Program-made: the position numbers and the translations under genes
From: Eledone cirrhosa
Taxonomy: Eukaryota
Reading direction: 5' to 3'
DNA length: 64,000 nucleotides
Assembly: GCA_964016885.1 (NCBI GenBank)
Contig: CAXHJY010001162.1
Location: forward strand, 34,729 to 98,728
Notes under the pieces: generated by a model
Seen by the model: only the letters and a program-made list of their open reading frames with translations
The model's database searches: none
What the model was told of the DNA's origin: nothing
Shown here: in pieces, positions 25,720 through 41,769 of the stretch
Layout of the letters: each line of letters begins with the position of its first letter
Position numbering within the stretch: the first letter of the stretch is position 1

Positions 25720-27641
25720 AATTGCTGGTTTCTGGCCATCTCTGACTTAAACTCCGTCGCCCACTGATAATATAGGTTAATTGATGTTTCTTTAGTATCT
25801 GTTGGGTGAGGTGAATGACAAAAAGAAAGAGCGTGATGTTAAAGAGAGCAGGACCAGTTGGGGTGAAATAATTGTGCCGTAATGCAGATAATGTAGCGCT
25901 CATGGCAGCATTGGAGAGAGTATAAATTGAGATCATCTAGTCGACCTCAATAGTCAAAGTTGTCATGCCGTATAACGTTTTTGTGATTGACCTGTGAGGT
26001 GTTTCAATTTTCATAATAGTTTGTTTCGTGTTTGGAGACCACAGTGGACAACAGTGTTCAAAGTGGGGCCGGGCAAGTGTAGAGAAGAGAAAGATTATGT
26101 GTAGATAACTCTCGATCGGAAAGTCAACTTTGCTAAGTCAACTTTGGTGTTTATATCATTAGTCCAGCATAGGTTGTTATCAACAATTACTCCCAGGTCT
26201 CTGGTGTTGTTGGATGCCACGAGGGTTTCACCCGAGGGAAGAGAATATGATATTTTAGAGCATCCTCTTTTCCAAAGTGGATAAGTTCAAATTTATCCTC
26301 GTTCATATTGTTTTTTTTTCGCCCATTTGATAACAACAAGTAGATCCGATTGAAGGCATGTTCAGTCTCCCACTCCATTGATGACCTTCTAGAGCTTAGA
26401 TTCATCTGTGAAGATTCTTATGTTGCTGTGCTTGATGATGTCAATAATGTCATTGATATAAATGATGAAGAGAAGTGGGCCCAACACAGTGCTTTGTGGA
26501 ACGCCACTACTGACTTTGGCTAAGCTTGATTGTACTCCTTCGACCATATGTTGGGCTTTGTTTGTCAGGAAATACTTGATCCTTTGTAGTAACTTTCCAG
26601 AGACACCAATGTGGGATAGTGTTTTCAGTAGAATGTTGTGATCAACCCTGTCAAAGGCCTTGCTGAAATAAAGGTAATTGATACCAGTGTCGGAGCCCTC
26701 TCACGAGGCTCTTAAAATGTCATCAAAGCGATGCAGAAGCTGCAGTAGGCAGTCCCTATCATTACAGAACTTATGTTTGTTGGTGTTCAACAGATTGTTG
26801 CTTTCAAGAAAGTGAGTTATTCGTGATCTTACCACCCTCTCAAATACGTTAATAATATGAGGGGTGAGTGAGAGTGGGCGGTAATTCACTGCAAGAGACT
26901 TGTTTCTCTTTTTGAAAACTGGGACACAAAGTTTCCATCATCCAGTGAGTTCCTCCACAGATTAGCAGGAAACTAGCAAGGAACTTATTGGAGCCTATTG
27001 CTGAGTTGAATTTAGTTTCGTTTGTTGCCTCTGAGTTCAAACATTATGTCCGATATAGTGTATTGAGGGTTAACATCACTGATAGAGACCAGATCACCCA
27101 TATCAGGATTGCTGACAACAGAGCAGCATTTTTTCTGCAGTATCTCACCCATTGTTTTAGCATTGCCTTGGAGAGTGCCATCCATTTTCATCAATGAGAG
27201 GGCACCCAATGGAGACAGTGACCTTGTGTTTTTTTCGCAAACGATAAGAACATTTTAGGGTTGAGTTTGATTTTCTCAATGGCTCATTCTTCTTCAGCTC
27301 TCCTTTGGTTATTGATGATGGTCTTTATGCATTTTGGGAGATTACATTTTTTTCGATTCGAGCAATGCAATAGCAGTTAAATGTATGTACTGTTGCTGGC
27401 AGTATTTTAATTTGTTGATCTTTTGTTTATTCTTTTTACTTTTCTGATAATAGCTTTTTCTGTTTTGGAGGATTCAGCACTTAGTTTTGTTCATAGATGT
27501 TGATGGGAAATGTTTTCCACATATATTTGTAACAGTGTCTACAAATATCTGCCAAAATGTTTTAATGTTGGTGGAGATGTGTGTATGTGTGAAAGAGCAG
27601 TCAACATATGATAGATCGTTAGTGATTGCATCCCAATTTGG

Positions 27642-27645
<4 letters not shown>
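25720..27645 (-). mobile_element. Second, distinct CR1-like LINE (RT region), degenerate
   Basis: NYRPLSLTPHIINVFERVV, YLYFSKAFDRVDHNIL, SGVPQSTVLGPLLFIIYINDI, MNEDKFEL, and ARPHFEHCCPLWSP...LNLYSL. Confidence 0.88.
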
Positions 27646-28645
<1,000 letters not shown>

Positions 28646-28929
28646 CTTATGTATTCATACATAAATACTTCAACGTCTCTAGCTGTCTGCAATTTCCCTG
28701 TCGCAGTTTGGATCGACCCGCGGCTATCGTAAAAAGACATTTCCTAAGATACCACTCGCATATATAAACATACAAACACATAATGAACAGGAGTGAGAAA
28801 GAGATATAAAGAGAAAGTGTGTATGTATGTGTGTTGTACTGAGGTCGATGTAATCGACTTTCTCCTCCTTTTAAACGGCTGGTCTTGTGTTTAAATAAAA
28901 AAATCAAAAAAATCATTATTATTATTATT

Positions 28930-29348
28930 TGGATTGGCAGAGTCGTTAGAGCGTCAGACAGTTTCGTAGCAGTATTCGTTTCCGCTCTTTACTTTCTGAG
29001 TTCAAATCCCGCCAAGGTTACCTCTGCCTTTCATCCTTACGGGGTCGATAAAATAAAGCACCAGTAATGCACTGGGGTCGATTTAATCGACTTTCCCCTC
29101 CTCCAGAGTTGCTGGCCTTGTGCTGCCTAAAGTAGAAACAATTATTATTATTTGGATTGGCAGAGTCGTTAGAGCGTCAGTATTCGTTTCCGCCCTTTAC
29201 TTTCTGAGTTCAAATCCCGTCGAGGTAATCTTTTCCTGTCATCCTTCTGGAGTAAATAAAATAAATTATCAGTTAAGTACCAGAGACGATATAACTGACT
29301 TTCCCTTTCCCCCCAAATTACTGGCCTTGTGTCTAAATCAGAAGCAAC
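28930..29348 (+). mobile_element. Two tandem SINE family A copies (older subfamily)
   Basis: Each begins TTTGGATTGGCAGAGTCGTTAGAGCGTCAG after (ATT)n, with B-box GAGTTCAAATCCCG. Confidence 0.85.
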
Positions 29349-29497
29349 TATCATTAGAAGATAGCTATGCCTTACGGTCAAGCTAAAACCGTTAAGACGT
29401 TATCCGCATGTGTGCGTGTACGTGTGCATGCATGCATGCATGTATGTATGTATGTATGTATGTATGTATGTATGTATGTATGTATGTATGTATGTGT

Positions 29498-30019
29498 CAG
29501 GTCGCTCTTCAGCGCTACTGGTAACATGTAACCCAGTACAACCTGTGCATGTTTGGGTTGTCGGTGACAGAACCAAGTTTGCTTGGTAAGGAGGGTGATT
29601 TTGGACACCCTACGGGACGAAAAACAAGCCCGTCAAAGGGTGGAGGAAATCAGGAGAGTCAACGGCCATCCAATAAAGTTGTTTTGAGGAGTAAGAGACT
29701 CCTAGTCTTCATTAAGACATCTCTCTAAGAGAAGGTCACTCTGATATAAAACCTGCGACTTCGTTTGCATCCAATGATGTAGACCAGTTCTTCTTTTGGG
29801 ACAAATACTTTCGATGTTCAGAGAGTTGGATTGGTTCCATCCAAAGGTTTTCCTCACTTAAAAAAGCTTCAAGCACAGGCATCGTTTGATATATGACATG
29901 TTTTGTGATGCATGGTATTGCTGGACATAGGCAAGTCCCTGGCACGACTAAAAAGCCACGTCCGTGATGCTCACGCTTAATTATCAAGTGATGGCATTAC
30001 TCGAAATCAAGCTGCAGCC

Positions 30020-30020
<1 letters not shown>
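29498..30020 (+). mobile_element. Internally deleted non-autonomous RTE-like element
   Basis: Colinear similarity to 39670-40363 (GTCAAAGGG, GTCAA.GGCCATCCAA, CTCTGATATAA.ACCTGC, CCAATGATGT, GCACAGGCAT, ACTCGAAA...GCAGCCA). Microsatellite-flanked. Confidence 0.6.
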
Positions 30021-30061
<41 letters not shown>

Positions 30062-30320
30062 TATATATGCTGACACTCGTACTTTATAGGTAAATACTTT
30101 TGTTATTCTCTTATACATGTAATGATTTTATAAGCCTATACACATACGCACACACATAAATATATATATACTCATCATACTCACTACCTTTCATCTTTTA
30201 TTTCTGGTGAAGGACTAGTATTCGAAACGTAAAGTCTCTTTTCTTATTATATCAAGCGATAATTAATATATTTTTTTCATTGTACTGCATTGTTTCCTTT
30301 GTTGTTTCCCTTTAGATTTT

Positions 30321-30428
<108 letters not shown>

Positions 30429-30992
30429 TATATATATATATATGAATATATATATATATATATGCATACACACACACACACACGCATATATATATATATA
30501 TATATATATATTCAAAATAGGGTACGCAAAAGACAAAGACAAGTCCCATCTCCACAGTCAACCTCTGGAAATCCCTACGGTTTCTGTATATTAAGATCGA
30601 TACAATTAATTCCAGTGCAAATTGGGACATAAAAACAGATATAGATAAATTATGCCTTTAGGCAAATTACATAAATACAGAGTACACAAGGGAGAAAAAT
30701 ATAGAAGGAGAAAAATAGTAAAATAGAAGAGAATAAGGACTGTTGCCCAACTTGTGGACAAAGAAGGACAAGGAGGCGTAGAAAAGGTAAGAAGTGATAA
30801 TAGGGGAAAACAGACTGAGTGCTGTGATGCTTCAAAAAAGCCCGCATGACTAAGCCTTTAGAACATAAATTCAAAATAGGGTGCGTACAGGACAAAGACA
30901 AAAGGGAAAAAAAGCGGAAAGACAGACAGTTCCATCTCCGTAAGTCAAGGTCCATACCCTTCATTCCAGTGCACATTGGGACACAACAAAAC

Positions 30993-31060
<68 letters not shown>

Positions 31061-31085
31061 TGTAATAAACAACATAAGGCAATTA

Positions 31086-31146
31086 TTTCATTTATCAGTG
31101 GTTTCTTAAAAGCAAACAATTTTTGCTTTCAATCATCAGAATGGAA
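31086..31146 (-). ncRNA. Hammerhead ribozyme, inverted copy with a stem III mismatch
   Basis: Reverse-complement duplicate of 31210-31270, with GAAACCACTGATA in place of GAAACCACTGGTA. Confidence 0.6.
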
Positions 31147-31209
31147 AAATCCTGGTGTATTTATTGGTATTGTTTTTAAAATCCAATACCAATAAATACA
31201 CCAGGATTT

Positions 31210-31270
31210 TTTCATTCTGATGATTGAAAGCAAAATTTATTTGCTTTTAAGAAACCACTGGTAAATGAAA
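31210..31270 (+). ncRNA. Type I hammerhead ribozyme (PLE-associated)
   Basis: TTTCATT-CTGATGA-TTGAAAGCAAA-attta-TTTGCTTTTAA-GAAA-CC-ACT-GG-TA-AATGAAA: 7-bp stem I, 11-bp stem II and intact core. Predicted cleavage after 31263. Confidence 0.85.
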
Positions 31271-31363
31271 TAATTGCCTTATGTTGTTTATTACATAACT
31301 ATTAAGCTCGGTTACTTACATAGAGCACTCTTTTTTCCTGGACTTTTCCGACGGAATTACTTC

Positions 31364-31427
<64 letters not shown>

Positions 31428-31721
31428 TATTGATTTATGTATGTTCATACACGGATCAAAAGTACTACACTACTCAAGGTTTCAAGGCCCAATATTGACC
31501 TCCAGAAATGTAAAAGGGATCAAAATTTGTTTCCTATCTTCAGAGGCTTATACGAGTTTATACATATGTATGTATATGTTTTATGTATTGATATCATATA
31601 TATGTACATATATATATATGTACATATATATATATGTACATACTCACACACACACATATATGTGTGTGTGTGTGTGTGTATACGTGTGTGTATGTATGTT
31701 TGTGTGTATATGTGTGTGTAT

Positions 31722-31793
<72 letters not shown>

Positions 31794-32142
31794 TGTGTGT
31801 GTGTGTGTGTGTGAATCGGTCCAACCCTTGCAAGCATGGAAAATCAGGCGTAAAATGATGAGGATTATGTGTATGTATATAATATATAAATATTTTATAT
31901 GTAATCATATATGTATGAATATGTATATCGGCGTGTATTTGTTTGTGGCGATGTGTGGTTCTATATATTTATTATCTAGCTTCACCACTACACCACCACC
32001 ACTACCACCACCCTCACCACCACCGTCACCACCACCATCACTACTACCACTACCAAAATCAGCAATACCACCACCGTCACCACCCCTACCACCTCCACCA
32101 CTACCACCACATCAGCATCATCATCACAGCCGCCGCCGCCGC

Positions 32143-32182
<40 letters not shown>

Positions 32183-33140
32183 TCATCGTTTTAGTAGCTA
32201 ATAAATCCCTCTATTCTTAAACATGAAATGATCGTGGGTGGTAGTGGGGTGGTTCAATACCGGTTGTTGATCACTTCTCCCCCACCCTTCCTTTTTATAG
32301 GGGCTGTTTACGAATCTATAACCGCAAATAGAACAACATCAATAACAATACCGACGTCAACAGCGGTAATAATGTTGTGTGATGGTGGTGATGTCAGTGC
32401 TGGACACGGTGGTACTGTTTAGGAGGGGGTAGGAATAGTTGATTCTACCCCACCCGCACCTACTGAACAATATACGCAGGATTTTGTCCTGACGCAATCG
32501 TTCCATCGCTACGGCAGGGCTGCAACTACAACTGGAACCACCACCACCACTATCGCCACCACAAACTACAACACTACCACCTCCACTACATCCATATTAT
32601 CATTACCATCACTATCAACATTACCACTACAACGACTACCTCTGTTATTACCACCAACACCACTACCACCATCCCGTCCGTCCTTAAAACTATCACTAAC
32701 TACCTTCCCAACTATGCACCGATACCAGCCACACCATCTATATACCGTGGTAGCTAGCACAACTATAACAACCACTACCGCTACTACCACCTTTACAACT
32801 ACTACCACTATAACTATAGCTAGCACAGCTACTACAGCCGCTGCTACTACAACCGCTACTAAGTGTTGCTCTGCATGTAGATGTGAAGAGGCTGCGCTCG
32901 CTGCTGGTGTGTTTTCAGTTTTGTCTTCCTCTCTATCTTACACACTTCGAAGTGTGTCTTTCTATTATCTCATTCTCTCCTATCTGTCCGTCTTTCTATC
33001 ACATCTATCTCTGTCACCCCCCTCTTTCTCTTTCTCTCTCTGCCTCTCTTTATATCTCCCTCTCTACACACACATATATATACATATATATATATATAAA
33101 TATATATATATACACATACGAGTATCTCTCCTTCATTCTA

Positions 33141-33157
33141 TCTTCCTGTCTTCACAG
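33141..33157 (+). promoter_or_regulatory. Putative splice acceptor for the first coding exon
   Basis: Pyrimidine tract TCTTCCTGTCTTCACAG ends 138 nt before the ATG, implying an upstream non-coding exon. Confidence 0.5.
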
Positions 33158-33295
33158 TCTGATTTTTCCTTACTCTTCAATCATTCCCTTCGACATCTCT
33201 GTGATTCCCCTGGATTATGCACTAAAATCTAAGGAAGATTAACCAAGAAGAAATATTTTTTTCATAAGAATCATCTCCCTAAGAAACCTGTCCAA

Positions 33296-33758
33296 ATGGA
33301 AATGACAAAGATGGGATCCTCGATGGGTGAGGGTACGGAAAGGCCGCACAAACTTTACGAAAACTCGGACGAATATGAAGAAAAGACATTGTACGGATTA
33401 AAACTGGATGCTTTGACATCAAAAATTAAAACACCTCAATTTATTTACATTTTAACTTTCTTTTCGGGCCTCGGAGGATTCCTTTTCGGTTACGATACCG
33501 GGGTTATATCTGGCGCCATGATCCTGTTACGGAATACCTTTCTACTGTCGTCTGTGTGGCAAGAATTGATTGTCAGCGTTACCATAGCTGGGGCTGCCGT
33601 TTTTGCCATTGTTGGAGGTCTCTTGAACGACCGCATCGGACGGCGCCCCACCATCATGATTGCTAGCGTTGTCTTCACTACTGGAGCTATATGTATGGGC
33701 ATGGCCCCAGACAAATATGTTCTGTTGTGTGGCCGGATTATCGTCGGTGCTGGAATAG
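33296..33758 (+). CDS. SLC2A13: First coding exon of an MFS sugar porter, most like the proton myo-inositol cotransporter (HMIT/GLUT13); partial gene
   Basis: GLGGFLFGYDTGVISGAMILL (TM1), WQELIVSVT, loop motif NDRIGRRP, LLCGRIIVGAGIG. The exon ends at a canonical donor AG|GTAAGT (intron starts 33759, phase 1). Downstream exons were not found in the window. Confidence 0.88.
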
Positions 33759-34181
33759 GTAAGTACTTGTGATGAAGGATGTGGGTGATCTGCGCATGTG
33801 GGGTGAGGCTTTTTGATTTAAGTATGAGTCCTTCTCGCAGACTTGTAATGATGAGTACGAGAATTATATAAATTATTATAATATTAATAATAATAATTAA
33901 AATAATGATGATGATTTCTGATTAATAATAATAATGATAATAATAATTTCTTTATTGGCCACTAGGACCTACATATAGGGGAAATAATAATGCTTTCTTT
34001 ATATAATAATGTTGATGATGACAATAGTAATAATGACAAATCAGTTGCATGAGTTTGTGTAAGAAGAGAAAGAATGTGATTGAGAAAGAAATAAAAAATG
34101 AAAGATGAACAACGTGCTAGAAGAGAGAGTGAGAGATAGAGGGAGAGGGGTGTGCGAGCAGAGAGCGTAGAGAGAAAGGTG

Positions 34182-34268
<87 letters not shown>

Positions 34269-34387
34269 ATTACACGCGCCCTTCTTTCACCTCACTACAA
34301 ATTGATCATATATAATTTACTACAAAAACAATGTGCCCTAAGTAAATTACAGGTGTGATAGCTAATTACCTTGAATATGTATGTACG

Positions 34388-34418
<31 letters not shown>

Positions 34419-34865
34419 ATACTCACATATATACATGTATATATACACTACTCTCTCTCTCTCTACACACACACACACACATACATATAGAGAGGACAGG
34501 TGCGGAAGAGAATTGTAAATCTCACAGACATATTCAAACACTTCATCCAATGTTCCAATGTTTCAAGAACGGTCACAGCTCGGAATCATGAGGATGATGG
34601 TGACGATGATGATGATGGTGATGATGATGGTGATGATGATGATGAGGAGGAAGAGGTAGAGGATTAGGAAGAGTAGGAGGAGGGCGACAGCGATGATGAT
34701 GATGATGATGATGTATTGGATCGAGTGGATATTGTCAGAAGATCTACGTTAACCCCTTCTAGCTCTGTTTCTTTCATGCCCAGTTGCACATCGTTCCGCC
34801 ATCTACTTGTGCACGTGCTGAAGCACGCATGCACTCCGCTGTATGCAGACATGCATGCAAGTAGT

Positions 34866-34914
<49 letters not shown>

Positions 34915-34994
34915 ATTGCTGAGAATTGTTGTCAACTGAAAAGGTACAGGGGTAGAGTGGGTGTTATATAAGTCGGAGTGGGAGTTAGACATTG

Positions 34995-35046
<52 letters not shown>

Positions 35047-35289
35047 GCAGCAGCAGCAGCAGCAACAACAACACCCCCCCAAAAAACCCCCCGCTAGGTC
35101 GGATGTCACGGTTTTGGTATATATTACATAAATATAGAACGTATATACACATATACACACATATATCCACACATATATACACACATACATATATACACAC
35201 GTATATATATACACACGTATATACACACATATATACACACATACATATATACACACGTATATACACACATGCATTGTGGTTTGAAACAA

Positions 35290-35656
35290 CAACACCAACA
35301 CCAACACCAACAATAACCTGCTTTATCTTTCTTCAGTTATATTTCTTTGGATCACCACCACCTTCACCTTCACCTTCACCACCACCACCACCACCACTAC
35401 CACCATCACCTTCACCTTCACCACCACCACTACCATCACCACCAACACCACCACCATCACCATCACCACCAACACCACCACCATCACCATCACCACCAAC
35501 ACCACTACCAACATCATCACTACCACCAACACCAACACTATCACTACCAACAACACCACCACCAACACTATCACCACCACCATCACCATCTCCTCCAACA
35601 GTATCACAATGATAATGATCATCATCATCATCTACATCATCACCGCTCTCCAAAAC

Positions 35657-35690
<34 letters not shown>

Positions 35691-36608
35691 GCTCTCCAAA
35701 ACCACAATCGTCGCAACAATCACCATCACCATCACTCCAAAACCACCACCACCACCACAACCATCACCATCACCACCACCACAATCACCATCACCATCAC
35801 TCCAAAACCACCACCACCACCACAACCATCACCATCACCACCACCACAATCACCATCACCATCACTCCAAAACCACCACCACCACCACCACCACCACCAC
35901 CACCACCACCACCACCACAACCATCACCATCACCATCACCACCACCACCACCATCACCACCACCACCACCATCACTATCACTCCAAAACCACCACCCCAA
36001 CCACCATCACCACCACCACCACCACCACCACCACAACCATCACCATCACCACCACCACCATCACCATCATCATCATCACTCCAAATCCACCACCACCACC
36101 ACCATCACCATCATCACCATCATCACCATCATCCACATTATCGTCGCTTTCCAAAACCACAATCGTCATCACAACCACCACCACCACCACCACCACCACC
36201 ACCACCACCACCACCACCACCACCACCACCATCACCATCACCACTACCACCACCACCATCACCATCACCACCACCACCACCACCACCACCATCATCACCA
36301 TCATCCATATTATCTTCGCTTTCCAAAACCACAATCGTCATCACAACCACCACCACCACCACCACCACCACCACCACCACCACCACCACCACCACCACCA
36401 CCACCATCATCACCATCACCACCACCACCACCACCACCACCACCACCACCATCATCACCATCATCCACATTATCTTCGCTTTCCAAAACCACAATCGTCA
36501 TCACCACCACCACCACCACCACCACCGCCACCACCACCACCACCACCACCACAACCACCACCACCACCACCACCACCACCACCACTACCACCACCACCAC
36601 CACCACGA
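35290..36608. repeat. (ACC)n/(ATC)n low-complexity array with interspersed ~40-bp module
   Basis: Repeated ATCCACATTATC.TCGCTTTCCAAAACCACAATCGTCATCA module between trinucleotide runs. Confidence 0.9.
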
Positions 36609-36864
36609 TCCTGTTCATTATCCTGATATTCCTCCAACTAGACCTCCTAGTTGCCCGCTACTGCCTCAGTGCCACTACCAGTAGCTGAACCATCCATTGA
36701 GTGAGCCACTGGCACCGAACTTCCGCAGAGTGGCAGTGGTGGTGCTGGGAGGAGGGCAGACCCTGCTTAGCACGTGACGTTCAGGGCAGCTGAACGTCGT
36801 GGTGGCAGTAGTGGGTGGCGCTGACCACTCTCACCTCTCACACACACACATCATACACTCACCA

Positions 36865-37043
36865 CAATGACGACGACGACGATGATGATGGTGATGATGA
36901 TGATGATGACAACGACAACGACAACGACGACGACGACGAATGATGATGATGATGATGATGATGATGATGTTAATGACAACGACAACGACGACGAATGATG
37001 ATGATGATGATGATGTTAACAACGACAACGACAACGACGACGA

Positions 37044-37076
<33 letters not shown>

Positions 37077-37150
37077 TTAATGACAACGACGACGACGACG
37101 AATGATGATGATGATGATGATGTTAACAACGACAACGACGACGACGACGA

Positions 37151-37183
<33 letters not shown>

Positions 37184-37903
37184 TTAATGACAACGACGAC
37201 GACGACGAATGATGATGATGATGTTAATAACGACGACGACAACGACGACGACGACGAATGATGATGATGATGTTAATAACGACGACGACGAATGATGATG
37301 ATGATGATGATGATGTGGATGTTAACGACGACGACAACGACGACGAATGATGATGATGATGATGATGTTAACGACGACGACAACGACGACGAATGATGAT
37401 GATGATGATGATGATGTTAATGAGAACGACGATGACGACGACGACGACGAATGATGATGATGATGATGCTGGTGGTGGTGGTGGTGGCGGCGGCGGCGGT
37501 GGTAAGCGTCTTCGACGCGATTGTTTAGCGGTGAAGATAATAGTAGCAATAGTGATGCTTGTGGTGGTGATGATGATGACGACGATGATGATGATGATGA
37601 TGATGATGACGACGACGATGATGATGATGATGATGATGATGATGGTAATGATGATGATGATGATGATGATCAACATCATCATCATAATAATGACGACGAC
37701 GACGACAATAACAAAAATGACGCCGCTCATAATCATATGACGATGGTAACAACGATGGTGATGATGATGATGATGATGATGATGATCATCATCATCATCA
37801 TCATCATAATAATGTTGATTGTGGTGATGATGATGATGACGATGACGCCGACGATAACAAAAGCGACGCCGCTCATAATCACATGACGATGGTAGTGATG
37901 ACA

Positions 37904-37936
<33 letters not shown>

Positions 37937-37976
37937 CTACCGCGGCGGACGTTTGTCAATGCCAATCCTCATCACC

Positions 37977-38008
<32 letters not shown>

Positions 38009-38060
38009 CATCACCGCCATTGTTATAACGGTAATAGTGTTGATGATGTTGATGGTGGGG
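36865..38060. repeat. (GAT)n/(GAC)n/(AAC)n compound array
   Basis: Repeated GACGAA(TGA)nTGTTAA modules are directly visible. Confidence 0.9.
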
Positions 38061-38117
38061 ATGTGGATGAAAGTGTAAGTTAAATCCTATAAAAATGAAA
38101 TTTATACACATAAGTGC

Positions 38118-38134
38118 ATGTGTGTGTGTCTGTG

Positions 38135-38169
<35 letters not shown>

Positions 38170-38230
38170 CTGTGTGTCTGTGTGTGTCTGTGTGTGTGTG
38201 TCTGTCTGTGTGTGTGTGCGTATGTGTCTC

Positions 38231-38283
<53 letters not shown>

Positions 38284-38293
38284 GTGTCTCTGT

Positions 38294-38334
<41 letters not shown>

Positions 38335-38448
38335 TGTCTGTGTGTGTGTGTCTGTCTGTGTGTGTGTGCGTATGTGTCTCTGTGTGTATGTGTGTATGGG
38401 TGTGTGTGTGTGTCTGTGTGTGTGTCTCTGTGTGTATGTGTGTGTGTA
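38118..38448. repeat. (GT)n-derived repeat
   Basis: Directly visible. Confidence 0.95.
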
Positions 38449-38756
38449 CGCTCTAATATCAAACTAGAGGTCCTTGACTGAAGTTCCCCGGCTAATAAAT
38501 ATATTCTGTTGTTTTTCTTTTATATTTGTAATTAGCTATAAAACCATACACACACACATACCCCCCCCCCCCCCCCATATATACATATATATATATATAT
38601 ATATAATGGAAAAATTTGAACAGGGACAAAACAGAGAGGCAGTACAACGAATGTTTATTAATTTCACGCTCTGGAGAGTGGGGTATATATATATATTCAT
38701 ATGCACGCATATCTATCTACCTTTATATCTATCTATCCATAAATAAAGAAACACAT

Positions 38757-38787
<31 letters not shown>

Positions 38788-38827
38788 CATATACACACAC
38801 ACACACACATATATATATGTGTATATA

Positions 38828-39625
<798 letters not shown>

Positions 39626-39626
39626 T

Positions 39627-39669
<43 letters not shown>

Positions 39670-39672
<3 letters not shown>

Positions 39673-40363
39673 TAACTGTGGGTTAAATAACCTCACCAAC
39701 CCGCAATTGGTCAAGCATGGTGAATAGAGCTACACCCCTGACATGACCAAAATCACACAGAAAGCGTTGGAGGTCAACCACGGAGGGTTTCTCCAACAGG
39801 TGTGTGTATGTGTGTATGTGTGTACGTATGTATGTATGTACGTATGTATGTGTGTGTGTATGTATGTATGTATGTATGTATGTATGTATGTATGTATGAC
39901 AAAACCTGTCAAAGGGCAAAGGAGCTCTTAAAAGTCAATGGCCATCCAAAATCACCGGGAGAGATGACCCCTTAGCCTTTGTCAAGGCAGAATTCTAGGA
40001 GAAGGAAAACTCTGATATAACACCTGCAACCCTGATGGTATCCAATGATGTTGACTTGTTCTTCTTTTTGGTAAATATCATCTTGGTTAAGAGAGTGGGA
40101 CTGGCTTTGTGCAGTGCCTTTGCTCACTATAAAAGCTTCACGGCACAGGCATTGCTTTATATCTGGAGATCTCTCTGCACTTGTCGCCACATGGTACCAT
40201 GGGCCCAGCACTATGTGTCAATAATTGTCACAAGTGTAGTGTTTGTACCAGAGTTTTCAAGTCGTTGGCTGGACTAAAGTCACATTCGTTCAGCGCATCG
40301 GTAGGGGTTCTCCTACATGGATATAAAGTAGTGGCCGTACTCGAAAACGAGTTGGCAGCCACC
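39670..40363 (+). mobile_element. Internally deleted RTE/BovB-like element retaining the C-terminal C2H2 finger
   Basis: The 3' part encodes HKCSVCTRVFKSLAGLKSH. The 5' part is similar to 29498-30020 and is interrupted by (TATG)n. Confidence 0.65.
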
Positions 40364-41459
40364 ATGTATGTATAGTAGAATGGTTTTCTGTTAAAGGACG
40401 GATGTTGTTACAGTTAAAGTAAGGTACTCAATAGAGAGACTACTTTATTTTATATCCTTCAGTGGTGAAAATTACAGAATTAGTTCTGTAATCGCCACCT
40501 TTCACACCTGTCCCCCTCCCCCCCACACACACATATTCATACACACATACACACATACACACATACACACACATGCATGTGCGCGCTAGAATGACTGGAT
40601 AAAATACACAGGGGTTGCCTACTGCATGTAAACTTAAAGTGAAGTAGATGCTGGTATTCTTGATGTAGTAAATCAAGAAATTATAATCGGTTAAAATTAA
40701 TTAGAAATGGAATGTATTTGGGTGTGAGATTAATCTTTATCGGTACGTCACAACTCCAGACTTGTTTCGGTTTTATTAGACATCGTCAGCGAAGCGAAAT
40801 CTAACCTTGACTGCTAGATCGTCGAACGACAAGGATTTTGTGAATGAACACAGAATGACATAATAAATATATATGACTGATAAAATAGTCAGGTACGCCT
40901 CTTACATGAAAACTTTAACCCTTTTATTACCAAATTACTTGAAACCCCCACTGGTTATGTAATACATAAATGTTTGTTTTTAAGTGTTTATATTTATCTA
41001 AAAAGAATCCTTCCACCATAATTTTTGTAACCTTTGCTATGTTATGTTCCAAACATCATCTTAATAATGATCAAGTTAGTTATATTATTAAATCTGTCAA
41101 AATCATTGATTATTTTCAAACTAATTTGAAAATGATAGGTGGTGCCTTTAGCATACCTGATGTATCAAACCAAAAAATATTAATTGTTTAAGATAACACC
41201 TTTAACGATGAGAACAACCATTTTCTTGTAGACTAATAGCTAGTAACTAAATAGAAAATGTAGAGGGAGACCTATATGGCGCTTCCATTGGATTGCGTAT
41301 AGGAAATCCCCCAGAAACAAGGCTGCTTCGAATGCATTACGCTAAGATAATGTGTGGTAGTATTGTACAACAGAACCTCAAACCTACTCAAATGGTTCCT
41401 GGGAATATCGCTAGTTGATACATTTTAGTCGGTAAAGACAAGCGCCTTAGTGTTTACGG

Positions 41460-41769
41460 CAATGTTTCTCAACCTTTTTACCCTTAAAATAGTTTTAATG
41501 TCTCAGGGAAACCTCTGCATAAAAATTATTATAAACCATTATTACGATTAACGACTTAGTTTCAAGTAATTTAAGAGGTCGATGCCTTTATTATAATAAC
41601 CAAGGATTTTCCAACAATATACCATATGTGTATAGTAACATTGTGAATATAAAATTAAACAAAAATTACTCAAAAATGTATTATCTTATCCATCATTGTT
41701 TCTCGCGCAACCCCTAGCAACTCCTAGCGGGACCCTAGGGTTCCGGGGAACACCGCTTAAGAAACGTTG
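41460..41769. mobile_element. Putative hAT/Charlie-type MITE
   Basis: TIRs CAATGTTTCTCAAC ... GCTTAAGAAACGTTG and a subterminal GACCCTAGGGTTCC palindrome. The TSD is not preserved. Confidence 0.6.

Noticed and set aside
30195-30240. Additional hammerheads here and at ~8590, ~11482, ~17826, ~40753 and ~46676
   Set aside because: Core nucleotides are mutated or stems are missing, so these were treated as degenerate relics and not counted.
35347-36688. Pro/His/Thr-rich extensin- or mucin-like ORFs
   Set aside because: Open in several frames because of (ACC)n, with no splice signals or frame preference.
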